From: Candidatus Rokuibacteriota bacterium
GTDB lineage: Bacteria; Methylomirabilota; Methylomirabilia; Rokubacteriales; CSP1-6
Reading direction: 5' to 3'
Length of the DNA: 64,000 nt
Assembly: GCA_016193045.1 (NCBI GenBank)
Contig: JACPSW010000001.1
Coordinates: 1,579-65,578, forward strand
The translations under genes and the position numbers were made by a program. The notes under the pieces are model-generated. The model ran no database searches and was not told the DNA's origin. It was given only the letters and a program-made list of their open reading frames with translations. Every line of letters starts with the position of its first letter. Positions within the stretch are counted from its first letter, which is position 1. This document shows, in pieces, positions 17,082 to 25,540 of the stretch.

Positions 17082-17116
17082 GAGTGACCATGACAGAGGC
17101 AAAGAGAGGCGCAGGC

Positions 17117-17824
17117 ATGACCCGGTCGTCGCGGGACCTCTGCTGGAACTGCCAGTCGGAGGTCGGCGGTGAGTATTTCTGCCCCCAGTGCGTCAAGGTC
17201 CAGCCGGCGTCGGTGTGGTCGGACTACTTCGACGTGTTCGGCCTACCCCGAAAGCTCGGGCTGGACCTCGAGGATCTCCAGCGGAGGTTTTACGACTGGA
17301 GCCGGAAGTTCCACCCCGACTTGTTCCAGCGGGCGACCCCCGAGGAGCAGGCCATCAGCCTGGAGAACTCCGCCCTGGTGAACACCGCCTACCGCACCCT
17401 CCGGGATCCGATCGCGCGGGTCGAATACCTCATCGGGCTGGAGGAGGGGGCGGTGAAGGGGATCCCGCCCAAGGCCCCCCTGGATCTCCTGGAGGAGATG
17501 CTCGAGGTGCAGGAGGCGCTGGAGGCGGCCAAGGCATCTGCCCTCGATGCGGAGACGCGGAAGCGCCTCATGGACGAGCGCGCGCGCCTCGCGGAGCGGC
17601 GGCGGGCGGAAGAGGAGCGGCTGCTCGACGTGGGCCGGGAGTGGGACGCGCTGGTCGACGGGAGCCGCGCCGCGTCGCGCGATCGAGACGACCTGCGGCG
17701 TCCGCTGCTCGACCGCATGAAGGGAATCCTGGCCGCACGCGCCTATCTGACCACGGTCATCAACGATCTCAGCGACGCGCTGGGAGAGGACAGCCAGACT
17801 CATGCCTCGCATCGTCGGCATTGA
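17117..17824 (+). CDS. hscB: Co-chaperone HscB with N-terminal tetracysteine zinc-finger
   Basis: CWNCQSEVGGEYFCPQCVKVQ, then a J-domain (YFDVFGLPRKLGLD...LQRRFYDWSRKFHPD) and a C-terminal helical domain. The start is uncertain: ATG 17117 (preceded by AAGAGAGG), ATG 17090 or GTG 17084. The 3' end overlaps hscA by 23 nt. Confidence 0.8.
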   Translation: MTRSSRDLCWNCQSEVGGEYFCPQCVKVQPASVWSDYFDVFGLPRKLGLDLEDLQRRFYDWSRKFHPDLFQRATPEEQAISLENSALVNTAYRTLRDPIARVEYLIGLEEGAVKGIPPKAPLDLLEEMLEVQEALEAAKASALDAETRKRLMDERARLAERRRAEEERLLDVGREWDALVDGSRAASRDRDDLRRPLLDRMKGILAARAYLTTVINDLSDALGEDSQTHASHRRH

Positions 17825-19640
17825 TCTCGGCACCACCAACAGCCTCGTTGCCTACATGGAGGGGGGCTTCCCCAAGGTCATCCCCGACGCTGAGGGACAC
17901 GTCCTCCTCCCTTCGGTGGTCGGGTTCACCGCCGACGGGATCCTGGTGGGAGACGCCGCCAAGCGGCAGCTCGTCCGGAACCCGACCCGGACCATCTACT
18001 CGGTCAAGCGCCTCATGGGGAAGGGCTACGACGACGTCAAGGAGGAGCTGCGCTACTTCCCCTTTCACGTCGTGCCGAGCGACGAGGTGGTGAAGATCAG
18101 GGTCGCCGACCGTGAGGTCACGCCCCCCGAGGTCTCGGCGCTGATCCTGCGATCCCTGAAGGAGCGGGCCGAGGCCCACCTGGGCGAGGTCGTGACCAAG
18201 GCCGTCATCACGGTCCCTGCCTACTTCAACGACAGCCAGCGCCAGGCTACGAAGGACGCCGGCCGGATCGCGGGGCTTGAGGTCCTCCGGATCGTCAACG
18301 AGCCGACCGCCGCCTCGCTCGCGTACGGGCTTCATCGTCTCAAAGGGGGGACCGTCGCCGTCTACGATCTGGGGGGCGGGACCTTCGACATCTCGATTCT
18401 CAGGGTGAAAGATGGGATTTTCGAGGTGCTGGCCACGAACGGCAATACCCATCTCGGCGGCGACGACTTCGACCGGGCCCTGGTGGACTGGCTCCTGGCC
18501 GATATCGAGACGCGCCACGGCGCGGACCTCCGCGCGGATCTGGAAGCCCTGCAGGAGCTCCGGCTCGGGGCCGAGGCGGCCAAGTGCCGCCTGTCGTTCG
18601 AGGAGCGGACGGTGCTCACGATTCCATTCGCCCAGCACGGGTTCACCTACCGGCGGGAGATCTCGCGCGCGGAGCTCGAGACCCTGATCGAGCCGCTGGT
18701 CCAGCAGACGCTGGGGCCCTGCCGGCTCGCCCTGGCCGACGCCGGCCTGAGCGCGGCGCAGATCGACGAGGTCGTGCTCGTGGGAGGGTCCACGCGGGTT
18801 CCCCTGGCGAGGCGGCGCGTCCAGGAGCTCTTCGGGAAGCTGCCCCACAGCCAGCTGAACCCGGACGAGGTCGTCGCGGTGGGGGCGGCGGTCCAGGCCG
18901 ATATCCTGGCCGGCGGCATCACCAACATGCTCTTGCTCGACGTCACTCCGCTCTCTCTCGGGATCGAGACCCTGGGGGGGGGGATGAGTGTCCTGATCCC
19001 ACGGAACACGACGATTCCCACGAGCGCCAAGGAGTTGTTCACCACTTCGGTGGACGGACAGACGGTGGTGGACATGCACGTCCTCCAGGGCGAGCGGGAG
19101 CTGGTCAAGAACAACCGGTCCCTCGCCCGCTTCGAGCTCTCCGGCATCGACCCGATGCCCGCGGGGATGCCCCGCATCGAGGTGACCTTCCTGATCGACG
19201 CGAACGGGATCCTTCAAGTCAACGCGAAGGAGCTCAGGACCGGGAAGGCCGCCTCCATCGAGGTCAAGCCCTCGTACGGGCTCACCGATGCCGAAGTGGA
19301 GCGGATGATCGAGGAGTCCTTCATCCATGCCGAGGAGGACGTGGCCTCGCGGCTCCTGATCGAGGCCCGCAATGAGGCCGATACGGTCATCCGCGCCACG
19401 GAGCGGGCGTTGGGCCAAGGGAGCGGGCTGATCGGCCAGGAGGAAACGGCGCAGATCACCGGGGCGCTCGCCGCACTGAAGGCCGTCCGCGACGGGAGTG
19501 ACCGCGACGCCATCCGCGAGGCCACCGAGCGCCTGAATCAATCCACGCTTCACCTGGCCGAGATTCTGATGGATTCCGCGCTCAAGGAGGCGCTGACCTC
19601 GAAGCGGGTGACGGAGGCCCTGGGAAAGCCGGAGCGATGA
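17802..19640 (+). CDS. hscA: Fe-S cluster assembly chaperone HscA (Hsp70 family)
   Basis: 612 aa. IVGIDLGTTNS, AVITVPAYFND, DLGGGTFDISIL and VLVGGSTRVP are Hsp70 signatures. Position within the isc operon. Confidence 0.95.
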   Translation: MPRIVGIDLGTTNSLVAYMEGGFPKVIPDAEGHVLLPSVVGFTADGILVGDAAKRQLVRNPTRTIYSVKRLMGKGYDDVKEELRYFPFHVVPSDEVVKIRVADREVTPPEVSALILRSLKERAEAHLGEVVTKAVITVPAYFNDSQRQATKDAGRIAGLEVLRIVNEPTAASLAYGLHRLKGGTVAVYDLGGGTFDISILRVKDGIFEVLATNGNTHLGGDDFDRALVDWLLADIETRHGADLRADLEALQELRLGAEAAKCRLSFEERTVLTIPFAQHGFTYRREISRAELETLIEPLVQQTLGPCRLALADAGLSAAQIDEVVLVGGSTRVPLARRRVQELFGKLPHSQLNPDEVVAVGAAVQADILAGGITNMLLLDVTPLSLGIETLGGGMSVLIPRNTTIPTSAKELFTTSVDGQTVVDMHVLQGERELVKNNRSLARFELSGIDPMPAGMPRIEVTFLIDANGILQVNAKELRTGKAASIEVKPSYGLTDAEVERMIEESFIHAEEDVASRLLIEARNEADTVIRATERALGQGSGLIGQEETAQITGALAALKAVRDGSDRDAIREATERLNQSTLHLAEILMDSALKEALTSKRVTEALGKPER

Positions 19641-19990
19641 CATACAAGGTCACGTTCCTCCCCATGAACATCACGGTGGAGGTGGATCCGGAGAAGTTCC
19701 CCCTCCAGGAGGACGGCCGGCCGGGCTCCGTCCTGGACATCGCCCTCGGGAACAACATCTCGCTCCAGCACAACTGCGGCGGCAAGTGCGCGTGCACGAC
19801 CTGCCACGTGATCGTGAAGGAAGGAATGGAGAACCTGTCCAAGATGGAGGAGGATGAGGAAGACCGCCTGGACACGGCCGAGGGCCTCACGCTCCATTCC
19901 CGGCTGGGGTGCCAGGCCGTGGTGAGCGGCGACGTGGTGGTCGAGATCCCGCCGTCGGGGCGGGGCGGGTTCACGCCCCCCGGCCATTGA
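19637..19990 (+). CDS. fdx: ISC-type [2Fe-2S] ferredoxin (adrenodoxin-like Fdx)
   Basis: CGGKCACTTCHV ... SRLGCQ is the four-Cys pattern of Fdx. ATGA overlap with hscA. Confidence 0.9.
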   Translation: MTYKVTFLPMNITVEVDPEKFPLQEDGRPGSVLDIALGNNISLQHNCGGKCACTTCHVIVKEGMENLSKMEEDEEDRLDTAEGLTLHSRLGCQAVVSGDVVVEIPPSGRGGFTPPGH

Positions 19991-20016
19991 CGGCGAGCGA
20001 CGAAGCGAGGGCTCCC

Positions 20017-20223
20017 GTGGGACTGACCTGGAAGGATGCGGAAGACATCGCGATAGCGCTCGCGGAGAGGTTTCCCGACACAGACCCGCTGGGAATCCGG
20101 TTCACCGACCTCCACAAGTGGGTGACGGAACTGGAGGACTTTTCGGACGATCCGAAGGCGTCCAACGAGGGCATCCTCGAGGCCATCCAGATGGCCTGGC
20201 TCGAGGAGGTGCGAAATCGGTAA
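20017..20223 (+). CDS. iscX: Fe-S assembly protein IscX (YfhJ-like)
   Basis: GTG 20017 in the frame of track ORF 19909-20223. GLTWKDAEDIAIALAERFPDTDPLGIRFTDLHKWVTELEDFSDDPKASNEGILEAIQMAWLEE is the typical acidic ~66-aa IscX sequence. Confidence 0.75.
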   Translation: MGLTWKDAEDIAIALAERFPDTDPLGIRFTDLHKWVTELEDFSDDPKASNEGILEAIQMAWLEEVRNR

Positions 20224-20226
20224 GGC

Positions 20227-20454
20227 TTACCAGGAGATGACCTGGTCGGCGGCGAAGATCAGGTCGAGGAGTTCCGCGTACGTGAGCGTGTCCGGGAGGC
20301 GGCGCACCTGGACCCCGGATGGCAGCGGGGGCGGCTCGGTATCCTCTCGGAGGACGACGGTGAGGGTGGTGCCGGGATCGCGGCTCTGCTGCTCGATGGC
20401 CGTCAGGGCGTGTTCGGGCACCGGCGCCTTGAGCAGGTGGAGGACGTGGGGCAT
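20227..20454 (-). CDS. DsrH/TusB-like sulfur relay protein
   Basis: 75 aa from an internal ATG (MPHVLHLLKAP...DQVISW). The ATG overlaps the upstream stop (TGATG). Size, N-terminal M.HvLh pattern and position after the DsrE/DsrF-like genes fit DsrH. Confidence 0.6.
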   Translation of the reverse strand: MPHVLHLLKAPVPEHALTAIEQQSRDPGTTLTVVLREDTEPPPLPSGVQVRRLPDTLTYAELLDLIFAADQVISW

Positions 20455-20813
20455 CAGAATATCAGAGAGCGGCGGGAGCCGGTGATGAGCCCGGCGATCT
20501 CCTCGCGGGAGACCGGGACGGTCGGGTGGTCCTCCGCGTTCCACCCCTCCCTCGCTGCGGGCATCGCCGACCGGTCGATGTGGAAGGGAATGCCCAGCTT
20601 CGCCAGCGTGCCGCGGTACTTGGCGATGTCGTCGCCGTCCACGAGATCGTCGGTGTCCGTGTCGAGGAGATGGACGGCGGGACCCGTCAGGACGATCGTC
20701 ACGTCGTTCTCGCCCGCGGCCACTCCGAGCGCGATGCGGAGGGCCTCGTTGGCCCGATGGGAGCGGCGGGGATCTTCCGAGATGAGCACCAGAACGGGGA
20801 GCGTCTCTTCCAC
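20454..20813 (-). CDS. DsrF/TusC-like sulfur relay protein
   Basis: From GTG 20813: VEETLPVLVLISEDPRRSHRANEALRIALGVAAGENDVTIVLTGPAVHLL... is a DsrE/F-fold pattern (short beta strand, then a helix with ALR.A). The start is uncertain (the track ORF extends to 20999). Confidence 0.65.
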   Translation of the reverse strand: MEETLPVLVLISEDPRRSHRANEALRIALGVAAGENDVTIVLTGPAVHLLDTDTDDLVDGDDIAKYRGTLAKLGIPFHIDRSAMPAAREGWNAEDHPTVPVSREEIAGLITGSRRSLIF

Positions 20814-20817
20814 GAAC

Positions 20818-21183
20818 CTAGTTCCCGTACGGGGCCAAATGGCGAGCCAGACAAGGCCCGAGGGAGGAGCCGACCGGAGCGTACGCAGTTGTACGTGAGG
20901 ATCGGCGACGAACCAGGCCGCAGTAGTTGAGGCGGTCGGGATCGGAGAGGGGGATGCGGCGCTTCTGGCAGCCGTAGGCGCAGACGAAGAGCTTGGCACC
21001 GCGCGTCGCCAGCTCCTGGACCTCCGGCCGGTCCTTGGCCAGCACCCCGTCGTCGATCAGGTAGAGGTAGAGGTCCACGCCCCGGTCGAGCGCCGCCTTC
21101 GACAGGCGGACGGCGGTCGCGAGGTTCGGGTCCTCGGGTTTCGTGGAGAGGAGCAGGCCCAGTTTGCGCTTGCGGAGATCCAC
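20818..21183 (-). CDS. DsrE/TusD-like sulfur relay protein
   Basis: MDLRKRKLGLLLSTKPEDPNLATAVRLSKAALDRGVDLYLYLIDDGVL...GAKLFVCAYGCQKRRI is a DsrE-family fold with the conserved Cys region. The last ~30 aa look non-homologous (see findings). Confidence 0.7.
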   Translation of the reverse strand: MDLRKRKLGLLLSTKPEDPNLATAVRLSKAALDRGVDLYLYLIDDGVLAKDRPEVQELATRGAKLFVCAYGCQKRRIPLSDPDRLNYCGLVRRRSSRTTAYAPVGSSLGPCLARHLAPYGN

Positions 21184-21262
21184 GGCGGTTCGAGCTTAGC
21201 ATCCGGTCTCCGCGGCAGTCAATTGTTGACACCGCGGGGCAATCTTTATAGGGTGGAGTGAC

Positions 21263-22420
21263 ATGAGCGGGAGAGTGTACCTGGATCACAACGCGTCCAC
21301 GCAGGTCCACCCCGAGGTGGTGGCCGCGATGCTGCCCTATTTCGGGGAGCGGTTCGGCAACCCCTCGAGCGTCCACGGCTTCGGCCGCGAGGCCCGCGAG
21401 GGCGTCGAGGTCGCCCGGGAGCAGATCGCTCACTTCCTGAGGATGAGCACAGACGAGGTCGTGTTCACGTCCGGCGGGACCGAATCCGACAACCTGGCCA
21501 TCAAGGGCGTGGCCGCGGCCCGTGGGGCCGGGCACATCATCACGTCCCAGATCGAGCACCACGCGGTGCTCCGGACGTGCCAGTTCCTGGAGGGACAGGG
21601 GTTCGCGGTGACCTATCTCCCGGTGGACGGGGACGGGCTGGTCAATCCCGACGACATCCGGCGGGCCCTCAGGCCCGACACGGTCCTGATCACGGTCATG
21701 CACGCCAACAGCGAGGTGGGGACGATCCAGCCCGTGGACGCCATCGGGGCGATCGCGCGCGAGCGGGGAATCCCGTTCCACGTGGACGGCGTCCAGACGT
21801 TCGGCAAGGTCCCCATCGACCTGGACGGCTTCGGCATCGACCTGCTTTCGTTCTCGAGCCACAAGGTCTACGGTCCCAAGGGGGTCGCCGGCCTGTATAT
21901 CCGGAAGGGAACAAAGATGGTGTCAGTCCAGCACGGTGGCGAGCACGAGCGCCGCCGCCGGGCCGGGACCGAGAACGTCCCGGGTATCGTCGGGTTCGGG
22001 AAGGCGGTGGCGGTCCGGGCCCGGGAGATGGAGGCGGAGGCGGTCCGGCTGACGGCGCTGCGGAACAGGTTCTGGGACGGGATCAGCGCGCGAGTTCCCG
22101 ACGTGAGGCTCAACGGTCACCCCACGCGGCGGCTCCCGGGGACGCTCAACCTGTGCTTCCGCCACGTGGAGTCTGAATCCATCGTGCTCGGGCTCGACCT
22201 CAAGGGTGTGGCCGTCTCGGCGGGCTCGGCCTGCACGTCGGGCAACGTGGAGCCCTCCTACGTCCTGGTGGCCATGGGAGTTCCGCTGGACTGGGCCATG
22301 GGGTCGGTCCGCGCCACCCTGGGGCGCGAGAACACGGACGCGGACATCGACTATGTCCTGGAGGTGCTGCCGCCGCTGGTGGAGCGGATCCGGAGCCTGT
22401 CGCCCGCGGCCGTGTCATGA
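21263..22420 (+). CDS. nifS: NifS-type cysteine desulfurase (second copy)
   Basis: 385 aa. VYLDHNASTQVHPEV..., SSHKVYGPKG (PLP Lys), SAGSACTSGNVEPSYVL active-site loop. Confidence 0.92.
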   Translation: MSGRVYLDHNASTQVHPEVVAAMLPYFGERFGNPSSVHGFGREAREGVEVAREQIAHFLRMSTDEVVFTSGGTESDNLAIKGVAAARGAGHIITSQIEHHAVLRTCQFLEGQGFAVTYLPVDGDGLVNPDDIRRALRPDTVLITVMHANSEVGTIQPVDAIGAIARERGIPFHVDGVQTFGKVPIDLDGFGIDLLSFSSHKVYGPKGVAGLYIRKGTKMVSVQHGGEHERRRRAGTENVPGIVGFGKAVAVRAREMEAEAVRLTALRNRFWDGISARVPDVRLNGHPTRRLPGTLNLCFRHVESESIVLGLDLKGVAVSAGSACTSGNVEPSYVLVAMGVPLDWAMGSVRATLGRENTDADIDYVLEVLPPLVERIRSLSPAAVS

Positions 22421-22821
22421 ACTACAGCGAGACGCTCATCGACCACTTCCGGAACCCGCGGAACGCGGGGATGATGCGCGACCCCGACGGGGTCGGCGAG
22501 GACACCTTCGAGGGCTGCGGCGACCTGGCCCGCTTCTATCTCAGGGTGGTGGACGGGCGCGTCGCCGATGTGCGATTCCAGACCTACGGCTGCGGGCCCA
22601 CGATCGCGGCCTCGAGCGCCGGCACCGAGCTGGCGAGCGGCCGCTCCGTATCCGACCTGTTGACGCTGAGTGAGCGCGACGTGGCGGCCGCCGTGGACGG
22701 GCTTCCTGCCGAGCGCCTGCACGCGGCGGAGGTGGTGGCGGGAGCGCTCCGCGCGGCGGCCCGTGACTACGTGGCGCGGCGGAATGGCGGGCGCGGGATG
22801 GAAGCCAGCCGGCATGTTTGA
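22417..22821 (+). CDS. nifU: NifU N-terminal-domain / IscU-like scaffold (second copy)
   Basis: [20 protein letters not shown]...[11 protein letters not shown]...[18 protein letters not shown] overlap with nifS. It lacks the LPPVK motif seen in the first IscU. Confidence 0.85.
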   Translation: MNYSETLIDHFRNPRNAGMMRDPDGVGEDTFEGCGDLARFYLRVVDGRVADVRFQTYGCGPTIAASSAGTELASGRSVSDLLTLSERDVAAAVDGLPAERLHAAEVVAGALRAAARDYVARRNGGRGMEASRHV

Positions 22822-23485
22822 GCAGATGCGGCGGGACGTCCGGACGGTCCTCGAGCGCGACCCGGCGGCGCGGTCGGCGCTGGAGATCGTGCTCTGTTAC
22901 CCGGGCGTTCACGCCATCTGGCTCCACCGGTTGGCCCACGGCGTCTGGGGCTGGGGCGGGCTGACCCTGGGGCGGCTCATCTCCCACGCCAATCGATTCC
23001 TGACGGGCATCGAGATCCACCCCGCGGCGAGGCTCGGGCCGGGCCTGTTCATCGACCACGGCATGGGGGTGGTCATCGGGGAGACGTCGGAGATCGGTGA
23101 GAACGTGACCCTGCTCCAGGGGGTCACGCTGGGCGGGACGAGCCTCAAGCGCGAAAAGCGCCACCCGACCCTGGGCAACAACGTGGTGGTGGGCGCGGGG
23201 GCGAAGATCATCGGCGCGTTCAAGATCGGCGACGGCAGCCGGATCGGTGCCGGGTCCGTCGTCGTCCGGGAGGTCCCCCCCAACGCCGTGGTCGTCGGGG
23301 TGCCGGGGCGCGTCACCTACAAGGACGGGCAGCGGGTCGCCGGGGAGATCGACCTGAACCAGACGGATCTTCCCGATCCGCTCGCCAAGGCCATGGAACA
23401 GCTCCTGGATCGGATCCAGCATCTGGAGTCCGAGGTGCGGACGCTGCGCAAAGCGCTGGAGGAGACGAGGGTCGGGCGCCTGTGA
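22814..23485 (+). CDS. cysE: Serine O-acetyltransferase CysE
   Basis: ATG 22814 (8-nt overlap with the upstream gene). [27 protein letters not shown]...[31 protein letters not shown], followed by left-handed beta-helix hexapeptide repeats. Confidence 0.92.
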   Translation: MFEQMRRDVRTVLERDPAARSALEIVLCYPGVHAIWLHRLAHGVWGWGGLTLGRLISHANRFLTGIEIHPAARLGPGLFIDHGMGVVIGETSEIGENVTLLQGVTLGGTSLKREKRHPTLGNNVVVGAGAKIIGAFKIGDGSRIGAGSVVVREVPPNAVVVGVPGRVTYKDGQRVAGEIDLNQTDLPDPLAKAMEQLLDRIQHLESEVRTLRKALEETRVGRL

Positions 23486-23567
23486 CAGCGGGGGCCGGGG
23501 GGTTCACGACCGAGGACGGCCGGACGGCCACGGAGGAGGGCGCGGACACGTGGTTCCCAAAGATCGG

Positions 23568-23732
23568 ATGACGGTGTCGGAGGCGTCGGTCTATCTGGCG
23601 GTGGATGCCGAAACGCTGACGCGGATGGCGTCCGAGCGGAGCATCCCGTCGCTCGAGGTCGAGGGGCAGTGGGTGTTCTCCAAGAAGTCCATCGACAAGT
23701 GGCGCCGCCAGCGGGAGGCGAAACAACCGTAG
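23568..23732 (+). CDS. Small helix-turn-helix DNA-binding protein, excisionase/MerR-like (HTH_17) family
   Basis: MTVSEASVYLAVDAETLTRMASERSIPSLEVEGQWVFSKKSIDKWRR is the typical HTH_17 pattern (...a.yL.vs..tl.r......ip..k.g..w.f....ld.W). The alternative GTG start at 23550 is less homologue-like. Confidence 0.65.
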   Translation: MTVSEASVYLAVDAETLTRMASERSIPSLEVEGQWVFSKKSIDKWRRQREAKQP

Positions 23733-23741
23733 TTCGAGTCA

Positions 23742-24311
23742 ATGCTCGATCCCGCTGCGGCCTGGCTGCTCCTGACCGAGTTCACGAAGAGCGATAGTCT
23801 CCGCAAGCACGCGCTCGCGGTGGAGGCCTCCATGCGGGCCTACGCGGCCAGGTACGGCGCCGACCCCGAAACCTGGGGCATCGTGGGGATGCTCCACGAC
23901 TTCGATTACGAGATCCACCCGACCGCGCCCCGGCATCCCATGAAGGGCGCCGAAATCCTGAGAGCGCGGGGGGTGCCGGACCCCGTCATCTACGCCATCC
24001 TCTCTCACGCCGACTACTCCGGCTGCCCGCGCGTTTCCCTCCTCGACCGGGCGATCTACGCTTGCGACGAGCTCTCGGGCTTCATCACGGCGTGCGCGCT
24101 GGTTCGCCCGGCCCGGGCGATCGCCGGCCTGGAGGTGGCCTCCGTGAAGAAGAAGCTCAAGGACAAGGGGTTCGCCCGCACCGTGAATCGCGACGACGTC
24201 TATCGCGGCGCCGCCGAGCTCGGCGTGGATCTGGACGCTCACATCGACTTCGTCATCAAGGCCCTCGAGGGCGTTGCCCCCAGGATCGGTCTGGGGGGTC
24301 CTGCCGCCTAG
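23742..24311 (+). CDS. HD-domain phosphohydrolase
   Basis: LRKHALAVEASMRAYA...GMLHDFDYE...HP..GAEIL...AILSHAD: the H...HD...H...D metal-binding pattern of the HD superfamily. Confidence 0.8.
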   Translation: MLDPAAAWLLLTEFTKSDSLRKHALAVEASMRAYAARYGADPETWGIVGMLHDFDYEIHPTAPRHPMKGAEILRARGVPDPVIYAILSHADYSGCPRVSLLDRAIYACDELSGFITACALVRPARAIAGLEVASVKKKLKDKGFARTVNRDDVYRGAAELGVDLDAHIDFVIKALEGVAPRIGLGGPAA

Positions 24312-24322
24312 CGCCCGACGCC

Positions 24323-25510
24323 GTGAGCCGGGCAGCGCCCGTCCGCTCGATCATCCACGTGGACATGGACGCCTTCTACGCGTCCGTGGAGCAGCGCGAC
24401 CGCCCTGAGCTCCGCGGTCGGCCCGTCATCGTGGGGGGCGATCCCCGCGGGCGCGGCGTCGTGTCGGCGGCATCGTACGAGGCCAGGGAGTTCGGGATCC
24501 ACTCGGCCATGCCGATCGGCCGGGCCGCGCGCCTCTGCCCCGAAGCCATCTTTCTCCCCGTGGACATGGACAAGTACGCCCTCGTCTCGCGCGAGATCAT
24601 GACCCTCCTGTCGGAGTACTCGCCGCTGCTGGAGCCGATCTCGGTGGACGAGGCCTTCCTGGACCTCACGGGCACCCAACGCTTGCTGGGCCCGGCCCTC
24701 GAGGTGGCCCGGACGATTAAGGCGCGACTGCGTCAGGAGGTCGGGCTCACTGCCTCGGCGGGAGTCGCGCCGAACAAGTTCCTCGCCAAGCTCGCCTCCG
24801 ACCTCCAGAAGCCCGATGGGCTGGTGGAGGTCAAGCCGGAGGAGGAGGCCGATTTCCTTCGATCCCTGCCCATCGAGAGGCTCTGGGGGGTCGGCCGGGT
24901 GACCGCGCGCGACCTCCGCGCCATGGGGATCGAGACCATCGGCCAGCTCGCCCGCGTCCCCGCGTCGGTGCTCGCGAAGCGCTTCGGCAAGTGGGGGGCG
25001 CTTCTCCACGAGCTGGCCAACGGGCGCGACGACCGTCCCGTCGAGCCCTTCGCCGCGCCCAAGTCCATGGGAGCCGAGGAAACGTTCGCCGAGGACACGC
25101 GGGATCTGGAGGAACTCAGGCGGACGCTCCTGGCCCAATCCGAGCGGGTCGCCCGCGAGCTGAGGGGGGAGGGGTATGCGGGGCGGACCGTCACTCTCAA
25201 GCTCAGGTTCGCCGACTTTCAGACGATCACGCGGAGTCTCACCGGGGAGGCCACGCAGGACGGGCTGGAGATCTTCAGGCGCGCCTTCGCGCTGCTCGAA
25301 CGAGTGACCCGCGTCAAGCCGGTCAGGCTCGTCGGAGTGTCGGTATCCGGGCTGATTCAGGGCGGGCCCGGCCAGCTCTCGCTCTTTTCGGCCGCCGAGG
25401 TCAGGCGGGATCAGGTGGCCCGGGCCGCCGACAGGCTGGTCCGCCGCTTCGGCGATCGGGCCCTGATCCCGGCCAGCCTCCTGGAGCCGTCCCGGCGACG
25501 CCAGCCGTGA
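24323..25510 (+). CDS. dinB: DNA polymerase IV (Y-family) DinB
   Basis: GTG 24323. IIHVDMDAFYASVEQRDRPELRGRPVIVGG...SVDEAFLDLTG...AGVAPNKFLAKLASDLQKPDG are canonical DinB motifs. Confidence 0.92.
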   Translation: MSRAAPVRSIIHVDMDAFYASVEQRDRPELRGRPVIVGGDPRGRGVVSAASYEAREFGIHSAMPIGRAARLCPEAIFLPVDMDKYALVSREIMTLLSEYSPLLEPISVDEAFLDLTGTQRLLGPALEVARTIKARLRQEVGLTASAGVAPNKFLAKLASDLQKPDGLVEVKPEEEADFLRSLPIERLWGVGRVTARDLRAMGIETIGQLARVPASVLAKRFGKWGALLHELANGRDDRPVEPFAAPKSMGAEETFAEDTRDLEELRRTLLAQSERVARELRGEGYAGRTVTLKLRFADFQTITRSLTGEATQDGLEIFRRAFALLERVTRVKPVRLVGVSVSGLIQGGPGQLSLFSAAEVRRDQVARAADRLVRRFGDRALIPASLLEPSRRRQP

Positions 25511-25511
25511 C

Positions 25512-25540
25512 TTGACACCCTGCAGGCCGGCCCCTATAAT
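25512..25540 (+). promoter_or_regulatory. Consensus sigma-70 promoter upstream of the ABC uptake operon
   Basis: TTGACA (25512-25517), exactly 17 nt of spacer, then TATAAT (25535-25540). About 150 nt of untranslated leader precedes ATG 25694. Confidence 0.6.

Noticed and set aside
20454-20999. Full 181-aa version of the DsrF-like ORF starting at ATG 20999 and overlapping the DsrE-like gene by ~180 nt.
   Set aside because: - The first ~60 residues (MPSSSSAPTAARSAASPSPIPTAS...) are low-complexity out-of-frame text of the DsrE-like gene.
- The DsrF fold begins at VEETLPVLVLIS.
- A possible frameshift link is kept as a separate low-interest finding.
21218-21253. Promoter and operator call for nifS (TTGACA 21226-21231, TATAGG around 21248, inverted repeat GTCAA-TTG-TTGAC 21218-21230).
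   Set aside because: The -10 candidate overlaps the likely RBS (GGTGGAG) only ~10 nt before the ATG, so the geometry is doubtful. It is noted but not reported as a feature.
23550-23732. Excisionase-like HTH as a marker of a prophage or integrative element.
   Set aside because: There is no integrase, recombinase, att-like repeat, phage gene or tRNA nearby, and the flanking genes are ordinary metabolic or repair genes.
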